From positions 1,530,001 through 1,562,000 of the forward strand of contig NZ_CP036280.1 in NCBI RefSeq assembly GCF_007748075.1: a stretch of 32,000 nt of DNA, read 5' to 3'. The position numbers were made by a program, and so were the translations under genes. Under the pieces are notes generated by a model that worked only from the letters and a program-made list of their open reading frames with translations, searched no databases and was not told the origin of the DNA. Of this stretch, positions 1 through 8,320 are shown one piece after another; the first letter of the stretch is position 1; the number at the start of each line of letters is the position of its first letter. The stretch comes from Mucisphaera calidilacus. Its GTDB lineage: Bacteria; Planctomycetota; Phycisphaerae; Phycisphaerales; Phycisphaeraceae.

Positions 1-1298
1 CCGTCCCGCCCTCCGAGGCCGACGGCACACCCACCCTCGACGCATCCGGACTCCTCGTCACCCCCGGACTCATCGACATCCACGTCCACTTCCGCGAGCC
101 CGGCCAGGAACAGAAAGAAACCATCGCCACCGGCGCCGCAGCCGCCATCGCAGGCGGATTTACCTCCGTCTGCTGCATGCCCAACACCACACCCGCCATC
201 GACGACGACGCCAGCATCGACTTCATCGACGAACGAGCCCACCGCGCCAACCTCGCCAACGTCTTCGCCACCGGATGCCTCACACGAAACCGCGCCGGCG
301 AGGAACTCGCAGAAATCGCCCTCATGGCACAACGCGGAGCCGTCGCCTTCACCGACGACGGCACAGGCGTCGCCTCCGCCGACCTCATGGCCAAGGCCAT
401 GACCTACGTCGGCATGACCGGACGCGCCGTCTTCCAGCACTGCGAAGACCCCACCCTCGGCGGGGGCGCCATGAACGCCGGACCCCTCGCCACGAGGCTC
501 GGTCTCCCCGGATGGCCCGGCCTCGCCGAAGAACTCATGATCCAACGCGACCTCATGATCGCCCGATCACAGAACTACCACACCCGCTGGCACGCACAGC
601 ACATGACCACCGCCAACGGCGCCGAACTCCTCCGACGCGCCAAACACGACGCCGGCGACAACGCACACCGCATCACAGGCGAGGTCTCACCCCACCACCT
701 GCTCCTCACCGAAGAAGCCTGCGCCGAATACGACACCCACGCCAAGATGAACCCGCCCCTCCGCACCACCGCCGACATCGAAGCCCTCCGACAGGCCGTC
801 GCCGACCGCACCATCACCATCCTCGCCACCGACCACGCCCCCCACACCGCCGAGGAAAAAGCCCTCGAGTTCGAGGACGCGCCCTACGGCATCATCGGCC
901 TCGAACCCGCCCTCGCCCTCTACATCAAGGCGCTCATCGACGCCGGCACCATCGACTGGCCAAGACTCATCGAGATGATGACCATCCGCGGAGCCGAACT
1001 CTGCAACCTCGACGGCCGAGGACACCTCGCCACCGGTGCCCACGCCGACGTCACCCTCATCGACCCCAATCTCAACTGGACCATCGACGCCCACGCCTTC
1101 GCCGGCAAGGCCGCCAACTGCCCCTTCCACGGCTGGAACGTCCGCGGACGCGCCGTCGCCACCATCGTCTCAGGCGACATCAAGCTCCTCCGCGACGCCG
1201 ACCGACTCTCCGACGCAACCGCAACACCCCCCGCCGACGAAGCCGCACTGGCAACATTCGCCGCCGAACGCGCCGCCGCACCACCGCGTCAGGGCTGA
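1..1298 (+). CDS. pyrC: dihydroorotase, 5' end cut by window edge (reading frame begins at nt 3)
   Basis: The frame of ORF 177..1298 stays open to nt 3 and translates to ...GLLVTPGLIDIHVHFREPGQEQKETI..., the metal-binding HxH region of dihydroorotases. Downstream it has ...ILATDHAPHTAEEK..., the conserved DHAPH motif. The ATG at 177 is internal. Confidence 0.9.
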   Translation, partial: VPPSEADGTPTLDASGLLVTPGLIDIHVHFREPGQEQKETIATGAAAAIAGGFTSVCCMPNTTPAIDDDASIDFIDERAHRANLANVFATGCLTRNRAGEELAEIALMAQRGAVAFTDDGTGVASADLMAKAMTYVGMTGRAVFQHCEDPTLGGGAMNAGPLATRLGLPGWPGLAEELMIQRDLMIARSQNYHTRWHAQHMTTANGAELLRRAKHDAGDNAHRITGEVSPHHLLLTEEACAEYDTHAKMNPPLRTTADIEALRQAVADRTITILATDHAPHTAEEKALEFEDAPYGIIGLEPALALYIKALIDAGTIDWPRLIEMMTIRGAELCNLDGRGHLATGAHADVTLIDPNLNWTIDAHAFAGKAANCPFHGWNVRGRAVATIVSGDIKLLRDADRLSDATATPPADEAALATFAAERAAAPPRQG

Positions 1299-1302
1299 AC
1301 CC

Positions 1303-3126
1303 TCACTCCCCCTCCGGCCCGACCAGAACCTGCCCCCTGCGCAAACCGTAATACCCGCCCATCGGCTCCGGCACCGTCGCCTTGCCGCCCACGTCACAAC
1401 CCGAGTGCGACAAACGCGAACCCGTGTGCACCGACATGTGCAGGTGCGGCCAGGTCGTGCCCGAATCACCCGACTTGCCGATCACCTCGCTCCGCTTCAC
1501 CCACACCTCCGGCTCGCCATACGCCACCTCCGGGAAACGACGCTCTGAAAGATGCGCATAGATCGACGTCACGCCCTCGCCGTGATCGATCACCACGTAC
1601 TGACCGTAACCATCCTCACGGTGCTGGCACGTCACCACACGACCCGGCGCCACCGCCAGCACCTCCGTCCCGGCGGGCAGATCAAAGTCCAGCGCAAAGA
1701 AATCATTCGCCGCACCATCGCGCCCGATCGTCTTGTGCGTCCACCAACGCGCCTCGTGACCATACCCCTCCTCCACCGTGAACGAACCGCGGAACGGCAG
1801 CGACAAACGCATCCCCTCCGGCAGATGAGCCGTCCCCGACATCAGATCCCTCGGCCGAGGCGTCAGAAATCGCATCTCACGCACCGCCTCCGCCGACGCC
1901 GCCGGCTTGCCCAGCACCGCTCCGCCCACGATCGTCGCCACGTCACGACGCACTGGCGCCGCCTTCCCATCCGCGTCCGACGGGTGCACCCGATTCGTCA
2001 GCAGCACGTAAAACAAATCATGCACCGGGTCCACCCACATCGCCGTGCCCGTGTAACCCGTGTGCCCCACCGACCCCTCGAAGTCCATCACCGCACCCCG
2101 CGACGACCGCGCCGAACCACGCCCTCCAAGCCCCAGCGAACGCCAGCCCGTGCCGTCCGGCAGCGACACCGCCGTCAGCATCAGACCCACCGCCTCCTCC
2201 GACAGCACACGCACCCCGTCCAGTTCGCCACCATTCAGCAGCATCCGGCAGAACCGCGACACGTCCCGCGCCGTCGAAAACAGCCCCGCGTTCCCCGACA
2301 CACCGCCCAGCGCCAACGCCCGCGGATCGTGCACCCGCCCCAGACGCGGCTCGCCGTTGATCACCTCCGTCGGCGCCGTCCGGATCACCAGATCGTCACC
2401 CGGGTTGAACGTCGAGTCGGTCATCCCCAACGGCTCGAAGATGTTCTCCTTCGCATACCGGTCAAACGGCACACCCGAAACCTCCGCCACCACCTCGCTC
2501 AGCAGGATGAACCCCAGGCACGAGTACGCATACCCCGTCCCCGGCTCGTGACGCAGCGCACACGTCGCAACGTTCCGGATCATCGCATCACGCTCACCCC
2601 GGTACTGACTCATGCTGTTCACAGGCGGGATCCCGCTGTGGTGCAGCAGCAGATGACGAATCGTCATCCCCGACTTGTCCGCCTGATCCGCCAGCGCCGG
2701 CAGGTAATCCGCCGCCGGACGATCCAACTCAATCTTCCCCTCGTCCACCAGCTTCAGGACCGACGCCGTCGTTGCGATCGGCTTGGTCAACGACGCCATG
2801 TCAAAAACCGTGTTGACACCCATCCCCACACGCCTGGGCACCACCGCCCGGTCGCCATACGCCTTGCGATAAAACACCCCCCTGCTGTCCCCCACGCACA
2901 GCACCGCACCCGGGATCTCGCCCCGCGCCATCGCCGCAGCCACCGCATCGTCCGCACGCATCAGGTGCTCGTAATCAATCACCCGATCCGTCCGCGGCAC
3001 GATCCCTGTCGCATCCAGCGCCGCAATCGGTTCATCCACCTGCTCAGGCCGAACCGGCTCGCTCTGACCCGACACCGACGCACCCACACTCATCACAACC
3101 ACCAGCAACAGCAAGATCCGTAACAC
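1303..3126 (-). CDS. secreted fusion protein: N-terminal beta-lactamase-fold serine hydrolase (PBP/esterase-like) plus C-terminal M23/LytM-type peptidase domain
   Basis: Serine-hydrolase motifs are SLTKP (SxxK), YAYSCLG and VGHTGYTGT (KTG-like HTG). The C-terminal part has VIDHGEGVTSIYAHL and GDSGTTWPHLHMSVH (M23 HxH). I place the start at GTG 3126 (VLRILLLLVVVMSVGASVSG, signal-peptide-like). The track's 5' extension to 3243 overlaps the upstream gene and is Arg/Trp-rich junk. Confidence 0.75.
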   Translation of the reverse strand: MLRILLLLVVVMSVGASVSGQSEPVRPEQVDEPIAALDATGIVPRTDRVIDYEHLMRADDAVAAAMARGEIPGAVLCVGDSRGVFYRKAYGDRAVVPRRVGMGVNTVFDMASLTKPIATTASVLKLVDEGKIELDRPAADYLPALADQADKSGMTIRHLLLHHSGIPPVNSMSQYRGERDAMIRNVATCALRHEPGTGYAYSCLGFILLSEVVAEVSGVPFDRYAKENIFEPLGMTDSTFNPGDDLVIRTAPTEVINGEPRLGRVHDPRALALGGVSGNAGLFSTARDVSRFCRMLLNGGELDGVRVLSEEAVGLMLTAVSLPDGTGWRSLGLGGRGSARSSRGAVMDFEGSVGHTGYTGTAMWVDPVHDLFYVLLTNRVHPSDADGKAAPVRRDVATIVGGAVLGKPAASAEAVREMRFLTPRPRDLMSGTAHLPEGMRLSLPFRGSFTVEEGYGHEARWWTHKTIGRDGAANDFFALDFDLPAGTEVLAVAPGRVVTCQHREDGYGQYVVIDHGEGVTSIYAHLSERRFPEVAYGEPEVWVKRSEVIGKSGDSGTTWPHLHMSVHTGSRLSHSGCDVGGKATVPEPMGGYYGLRRGQVLVGPEGE

Positions 3127-3136
3127 ACAACACCTC

Positions 3137-3676
3137 TCATTCAGGCAAACGCTCTTCCCCCGCAGGCTCCATCGTTTCCACCTCCACCACGCCACCACCC
3201 GCCTCAGCCTCACGAAACTCCGGGTGCCGAATCTGCCCCCCATTGTTCGCCACCAACGCCATGCCCGGCAGACTCAGCAGCGCCATCGCCAGCGCCCACC
3301 AGGCCACACGCCGCTGCCAACGCGTCCAGAACCAACGCATCCCGATCGCCACCGTCGCCAGCAACGCCGTCACGTACACCGGCTTCGCCCAGCGCTCCGC
3401 CGCGTGGTAATGCTCCTCCAGAATCTTCCACGACGCCTCGTCCAGGTACGCCGCAATCCCCATCCCCTGATCCGCAAGCTCCTTCGCCGTCTCACCCGAC
3501 GACATCACCGCCGCGATCGACCAACCCGACAACGCCACCATCCACAAACCCGTCTCGATCATCAGACGCTGCTTCGCGATCAAACCCACCAGCAAAGGCA
3601 CCGCCCCAAAAAACAAACCCAGCAGCGGGACGTGCACCAGCATCACATGAACATGCGCAGCACTCAGATCCATCAC
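3137..3676 (-). CDS. integral membrane protein of unknown function (about 4 TM helices, possibly DUF2231-like)
   Basis: 179-aa ORF with four hydrophobic segments and a GGQIRHPE motif after the last helix. Its codon style matches other minus-strand genes in this arm. No confident family assignment. Confidence 0.6.
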   Translation of the reverse strand: MMDLSAAHVHVMLVHVPLLGLFFGAVPLLVGLIAKQRLMIETGLWMVALSGWSIAAVMSSGETAKELADQGMGIAAYLDEASWKILEEHYHAAERWAKPVYVTALLATVAIGMRWFWTRWQRRVAWWALAMALLSLPGMALVANNGGQIRHPEFREAEAGGGVVEVETMEPAGEERLPE

Positions 3677-3690
3677 AAATAACCTCTCAA

Positions 3691-4221
3691 CTAGCCCTGC
3701 GCACGACGCGCCAGAATCAGATCACACAACTCACGCACCGCACCAAAACCGCCCCGACGCTCCAGCACAAAGTCCGCCGCCGCCAGCGCCGGCTCGTAAG
3801 CATCCGCCACCGCCACGCCGCAACCCGACGCCTCGATGCACGCCACGTCATTCACGTCATTGCCCACGTAAACCACCGAATCCAACCCGAACCCCAGCCG
3901 CTCCGCCCACGACCGCAGCTTCGGCAGCTTGTCATCAATCCCCTGCACGCACTCGATCCCGAGCTTCTTGCACCGAGCCGCCACCACCGGGTTCCGCTCC
4001 TTCGACAGCACGCCCACCGCGACCCCCGCGTCACGCACCATCTGCAACCCCAGCCCGTCACTCCGGTCGCACACCACCGACTCCAGACCATCCTCGCGAA
4101 CGATCACGCGGTTGTCCGTCAACACCCCGTCAAAATCACAGATCAACGCACGCACCGGGCTGGGCAGCCGCTCCACACGCAACGCCAAATGCTCCGCCGT
4201 ACTCTCAGCTGATTCAGTCAT
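3691..4221 (-). CDS. kdsC: HAD-IIIA phosphatase, KDO-8-phosphate phosphatase (KdsC/YrbI) family
   Basis: Length is 176 aa. HAD motifs are LICDFDGVLTDNRV (DxDGxLTD) and VVYVGNDVNDV. Size and motif spacing are typical of KdsC. Confidence 0.75.
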   Translation of the reverse strand: MTESAESTAEHLALRVERLPSPVRALICDFDGVLTDNRVIVREDGLESVVCDRSDGLGLQMVRDAGVAVGVLSKERNPVVAARCKKLGIECVQGIDDKLPKLRSWAERLGFGLDSVVYVGNDVNDVACIEASGCGVAVADAYEPALAAADFVLERRGGFGAVRELCDLILARRAQG

Positions 4222-4240
4222 CCCCAGAGTCTAACCGAAC

Positions 4241-5374
4241 CTACGCCGCGCCCGCCTTCTCACTTGCCCCGCTATCGATACCCAGTTGCACCATCGGCCC
4301 GTGCGGCTTCTTCGCCTCCTCCGCCAGACGCTTACCCGCCGACGGATTCGCGTACAGATTGAACAGCATCGCCTTCACCGTCCCCCACATCCCGCCAAAC
4401 GACGAGAACGTGTGGTCCACCGCCGAAGGCTCATAACCGCAGTGAACCATGCACTGCTGGCACGCCGTGTTCCCCGACGCCCGGCCGTAGTTCTCCCAGT
4501 CTGTTGTCTCCATCAGCTCCCGGAAACTCTCCACGTAACCGTCCTGAATCAGATAGCACGGCTTCTGCCACCCGAACAGGTTGTACGTCGGGTTCCCCCA
4601 AGGCAGGCACTCATACTCACGACGGCCCATCAGAAACTCCAGAAACAGCGGGCTCTGATTAAACACCCAACGCTTCTTACGGTTGCTCAGCAGCATCTCG
4701 AAGAACGACGTCGTCTTCTCACGCTCCGCCATGAAGTTCGCCTGATCCGGAGCCTTCGGATACGCGTACCCAGGCGACACCATCATCCCCTCAACACCCA
4801 GGTCCATCATCGTGTCGAAGAAACCACGCAACGCATTCGGGTCAGCGCCGTCAAAAATCGTCGTGTTCGTCGTCACGCGGAAACCACGCTCCACCGCCAG
4901 CCGGATCCCCGCCGTCGCCTTCTCGTACGTCCCCTCTCGGCACACCGCGAAGTCATGATGCTCCCCCTCACCATCCATGTGCACCGAGAAAGTCAGGTAC
5001 TTGCTCGGCGAAAACTTCCCCTCCTCCAAAGCCTTCTTCAGCAGGACCGCGTTCGTGCACAGGTACACGTACTTCTTCATCGCGATCAGACCCTCGACGA
5101 TCTCCGTGATGTCCGGGTGCAGCAACGGCTCACCACCCGGGATCGACACCATCGGTGCCCCGCACTCCTCCGCCGCGTCCAGACACTGCTGAACACTCAA
5201 CTCACGCTTGAGCACGTGCGCCGGGTACTGAATCTTCCCGCAACCCGCACACGCCAGATTGCAGCGGAACAGCGGCTCCAGCATCAGCACCAGCGGGTAA
5301 CGCTTGCGACCCGACCAACGCTGCTTCAACACGTAAGAAGCCACCGTCCACATCTGCGATACAGGTACACCCAT
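4241..5374 (-). CDS. hpnH: radical SAM protein, adenosyl-hopene transferase HpnH-like (hopanoid side-chain biosynthesis)
   Basis: The N-terminal sequence ...YVLKQRWSGRKRYPLVLMLEPLFRCNLACAGCGKIQYP... matches the characteristic HpnH CxxxCxxC region. At 377 aa the length is as expected. Confidence 0.8.
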   Translation of the reverse strand: MGVPVSQMWTVASYVLKQRWSGRKRYPLVLMLEPLFRCNLACAGCGKIQYPAHVLKRELSVQQCLDAAEECGAPMVSIPGGEPLLHPDITEIVEGLIAMKKYVYLCTNAVLLKKALEEGKFSPSKYLTFSVHMDGEGEHHDFAVCREGTYEKATAGIRLAVERGFRVTTNTTIFDGADPNALRGFFDTMMDLGVEGMMVSPGYAYPKAPDQANFMAEREKTTSFFEMLLSNRKKRWVFNQSPLFLEFLMGRREYECLPWGNPTYNLFGWQKPCYLIQDGYVESFRELMETTDWENYGRASGNTACQQCMVHCGYEPSAVDHTFSSFGGMWGTVKAMLFNLYANPSAGKRLAEEAKKPHGPMVQLGIDSGASEKAGAA

Positions 5375-5500
5375 GCCTGGTCCTTATCTCTAGGCGCTCA
5401 ACACGCTTATTCTCGTTCGACGGAACCCGTCCCCAACACCCTATACTCCCGATCAACACCCCTCAGGTCAACCATAGCCACCCACATCCACGCCAGCCGC

Positions 5501-6037
5501 ATGACATCAACACACCTCTCACTCCCCAATCACACCGTCCACTGGCACGATCACCCGCCCGACGGACCCGACACCGTCGGCACCGCCGACACCCCCCTCG
5601 GCACCATCCGCCTCCTCGCCCGAGGCCACACCATCCGCGCCTTTGACCTCCTCGAACGCCACAACCACCTCACACCCGCACCCGACAACGCCACCACCGA
5701 CGACGATCTCGCCACCGACATCCTCGGCCACGTCTTCGACGACCAGCCCCACACCTTCCACGTCGCCCCCCAAGGCACCGCCTTCCAGAAAGCCGTCTGG
5801 CACGAACTCCTCAACATCCCCCATGGCAGCACCGCCACCTACGCCGACATCGCCCGACGACTCCACCGAACACCCTCAGCCGCCCGCGCCGTAGGCGGAG
5901 CCGTCGGCGCCAACCCCGTCGCCATCCTCATCCCCTGCCACCGCGTCATCGGATCATCCAACCAACTCACCGGCTTCGGCTGGGGACTCGAACGCAAAGA
6001 AACCCTCCTCCGCGCCGAAGGCATCACCCTCTTCTAA
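5501..6037 (+). CDS. ogt: methylated-DNA--protein-cysteine S-methyltransferase
   Basis: C-terminal sequence is ...FQKAVWHELLNIPHGSTATYADIA...AVGGAVGANPVAILIPCHRVIGS..., containing the PCHRV active site. The ATG at 5501 is in frame within track ORF 4286..6037. The upstream 1.2 kb of that ORF is antisense shadow of hpnH. Confidence 0.88.
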   Translation: MTSTHLSLPNHTVHWHDHPPDGPDTVGTADTPLGTIRLLARGHTIRAFDLLERHNHLTPAPDNATTDDDLATDILGHVFDDQPHTFHVAPQGTAFQKAVWHELLNIPHGSTATYADIARRLHRTPSAARAVGGAVGANPVAILIPCHRVIGSSNQLTGFGWGLERKETLLRAEGITLF

Positions 6038-6490
6038 AACCCATCATCACTACCCTCCGGATGCCTTCCACTGACTCGGTGCCACGGACCTGTGTAGTGC
6101 AACGAAGCAGGTCCGTGCTCTCCACAACCTTGCCATCACCCTCCTCTAAAACCCATCATCACTGCCCTCCCGGGTGCCTTCCACCTGCTCGGTGCCACGG
6201 ACCTGTGTAGTGCAACGAAGCAGGTCCGTGCTCTCCACAGCTTTGCCATCACCCTCCTCTAAAACCCATCATCACGGCCCTCCGGATGCCTTCCACTGAC
6301 TCGGTGCCACGGACCTGTGAAGTGCAACGAAGCAGGTCCGTGCTCTCCACTCCATTGCCATCACCCTCTTCGAAAACCCATCATCACGGCCCTCCGGATG
6401 CCTTCCACTGACTCGGTGCCACGGACCTGTGTAGTGCAACGAAGCAGGTCCGTGCTCTCCACAACCTTGGCATAACCCTCTTCGAAAACC
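6022..6490. repeat. tandem repeat, 112-113 bp unit x 4 plus a 20-bp partial fifth copy; each full unit carries a 10-bp-stem hairpin
   Basis: Units start at 6022, 6134, 6247, 6359 and 6471 (partial). All begin CATCACCCTC(T/C)TC(T/G)AAAACCCATCATCAC. Each full unit contains CACGGACCTG-15 nt-CAGGTCCGTG (first copy 6083-6117). Unit 1 starts inside the last 16 nt of ogt. Confidence 0.95.
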
Positions 6491-6500
6491 CCTCCCCCCC

Positions 6501-6860
6501 TTACGACACCCCGTGCTCCCGCAGCACATCCAACTCCACAAACTCCAACGCCGACATGTGCGTCGCCTCCAGAACCACAGGCGGCGCAACCCCCGCCTCC
6601 ATCGCCTCACGCCAACGCTCCACACACAGGCACCACCGGTCACCCGCCTTCAATCCCGGAAACCCATACTCAGGCCGAGGCGTCACCAGGTCATTCCCAC
6701 GCGATACCGTGAACGCCAGAAAGGCCTCAGTCATCACCGCACACACCGTGTGCAACCCCACATCGTCCGGCCCCGTCTGACAACACCCGTCACGGTAAAA
6801 CCCCGTCACCGGGTCCGTCCCGCACACCGCCAACTCCGTACCCAACACATTCTTCGCCAT
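6501..6860 (-). CDS. DUF2237 family protein
   Basis: 119 aa. MAKNVLGTELAVCGTDPVTGFYRDGCCQTGPDDVGLHTVCAVMT...GDRWCLC...APPVVLEATH matches the conserved DUF2237 pattern as I remember it. Confidence 0.8.
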   Translation of the reverse strand: MAKNVLGTELAVCGTDPVTGFYRDGCCQTGPDDVGLHTVCAVMTEAFLAFTVSRGNDLVTPRPEYGFPGLKAGDRWCLCVERWREAMEAGVAPPVVLEATHMSALEFVELDVLREHGVS

Positions 6861-6909
6861 GACGAACCCACTCCCAATTCACACGCAACCTGAGGCGCAA
6901 ATCAATCAA

Positions 6910-7791
6910 TTAACGACTTGTATTCAGCCGCACCGCATGCCCCGCACGACCCCTCACACCCACGTCCGTCACGAACACACGACCCGCCCCCGGCTGAGCC
7001 TCAAGCTCATCATCCCTCAGCCCCGCCGACGCCGTCGTGATCACCAGCCGATCCAGGCCCTCACCCGCAAAACAGCAACTCGTCACACGCTCCGCCGGCA
7101 CCGCCACCTCACGCAGCTGCTCCCCCGTCTCCCCGTCAAAACAACGCACGCACGACCCGCCCCAGAACGCCACCCACGCATGACCATCCGCGTCCAGGCA
7201 CATCCCGTCCGGACCGCCCGCATCCTCGCCAAACACCACCAGAGGCTGACGGTTGCTGATCGCACCCCGCTCCATGTCAAAGTCAAACACGTCCACACGC
7301 TTCGTCGGCGTGTCGATGTAATACATCCGCGAACCGTCCGCCGACCAGTCCAGACCGTTCGAGATCGTCACCCCCGTCAGGTGCGTCGCGATCCCACGAC
7401 CATGCTCATAACAGTAAAACGACGCCGAACCCGCACCACGCTCCGTCGCAATCGTCCCCACCCAGAAACGACCCCGAGGGTCAGCCTTCCCGTCGTTCAT
7501 CCGGAACGGCACGTCCCGCAGCACATCACTCACCACCTCACGCTCGTCCCGATCCCAGTCATAAAGCATCAACCCATCTTCATACGCCAGCAGCCACCGC
7601 CCGTCGTCGCAAGGCGAAGCAGCACCCAGCAGCTCCACCAACGCCCGCCACTCAAACCCCGACCCGTCCAGCCCGACACGACACAACGCGCCCCTCTGGA
7701 TGTCCACATACCACAACATCCCCTCATGCCACACCGGCCCCTCAGCCAGCAACGCCCGGTACTCTGGTGTAATCACGTCCATGCGAGGCAT
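6910..7791 (-). CDS. SMP-30/gluconolactonase/LRE family protein
   Basis: 293 aa. The N-terminal LAEGPVWHEGMLWYVDIQRGAL, plus NDGKADPRGRFWVGT and SNGLDWSADGSRMYYIDT, are typical of beta-propeller lactonases. Confidence 0.8.
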   Translation of the reverse strand: MPRMDVITPEYRALLAEGPVWHEGMLWYVDIQRGALCRVGLDGSGFEWRALVELLGAASPCDDGRWLLAYEDGLMLYDWDRDEREVVSDVLRDVPFRMNDGKADPRGRFWVGTIATERGAGSASFYCYEHGRGIATHLTGVTISNGLDWSADGSRMYYIDTPTKRVDVFDFDMERGAISNRQPLVVFGEDAGGPDGMCLDADGHAWVAFWGGSCVRCFDGETGEQLREVAVPAERVTSCCFAGEGLDRLVITTASAGLRDDELEAQPGAGRVFVTDVGVRGRAGHAVRLNTSR

Positions 7792-7822
7792 CTTAACGCC
7801 TCAACACACAGCCGACGCACAC

Positions 7823-8188
7823 CTACGCCTTCGGATTCGGACCGTGCTTGTTCTCGCCCGGTTCGCTGTCGAGAACCATCAGAATCAGCAACGCAATCGC
7901 GCCGATCACGGGAACAAACACAATAAGCATCAGGAACCCACTCTTGCCCGAATCATGCAGACGCCGAACACCCACCGCAAAACTGGGAATCAGCACGGCC
8001 AGAGCAAAGATCGACCCGAGAACGCCAATCCCTATCTCAGCATTATACGTGCCCATCAGCCCGTCAATGAACGCCAGCACAAACGCCAGCAGCGTGTTGC
8101 ACAGCACAAACGTCCAGTACTCCTTTCGCCGCGCTCGTCCCGTGAATACCGCATACTTCTCGAGAGGTTCCAGATACCAGTCCATCAT
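7823..8188 (-). CDS. DUF805 domain inner-membrane protein
   Basis: 121 aa. KYAVFTGRARRKEYWTFVL... and RRLHDSGKSGFLMLI... are hallmark DUF805 motifs, flanked by TM helices. Confidence 0.8.
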   Translation of the reverse strand: MMDWYLEPLEKYAVFTGRARRKEYWTFVLCNTLLAFVLAFIDGLMGTYNAEIGIGVLGSIFALAVLIPSFAVGVRRLHDSGKSGFLMLIVFVPVIGAIALLILMVLDSEPGENKHGPNPKA

Positions 8189-8320
8189 GTTCCCTTCATT
8201 TGAATGAACAACGACGCCTCAGAACGAATCTCTGCAATCACTTGATGACATCATATCATTCAACTGCCCGTCGCCAGCACCCCCTTGATCCACCAACCAA
8301 CCCTGACCTAGTCTGCCCTC

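Noticed and set aside
3127-3243. Longer N-termini offered by the ORF track for the hydrolase/M23 gene (to 3243), L31 (to 25735), AraC (to 28692) and the small membrane protein (from 21593).
   Set aside because: The extensions overlap neighbouring genes or use codons and amino-acid composition atypical for the genome. Internal starts give canonical N-termini (a signal peptide, MKKDIHP, and others).
6272-6643. ORF 6272..6643 - (123 aa) spanning the 112-bp repeats.
   Set aside because: It overlaps the 3' part of the well-supported DUF2237 gene out of frame and otherwise reads through the tandem repeats. Its composition is Arg/Trp/Cys-rich.
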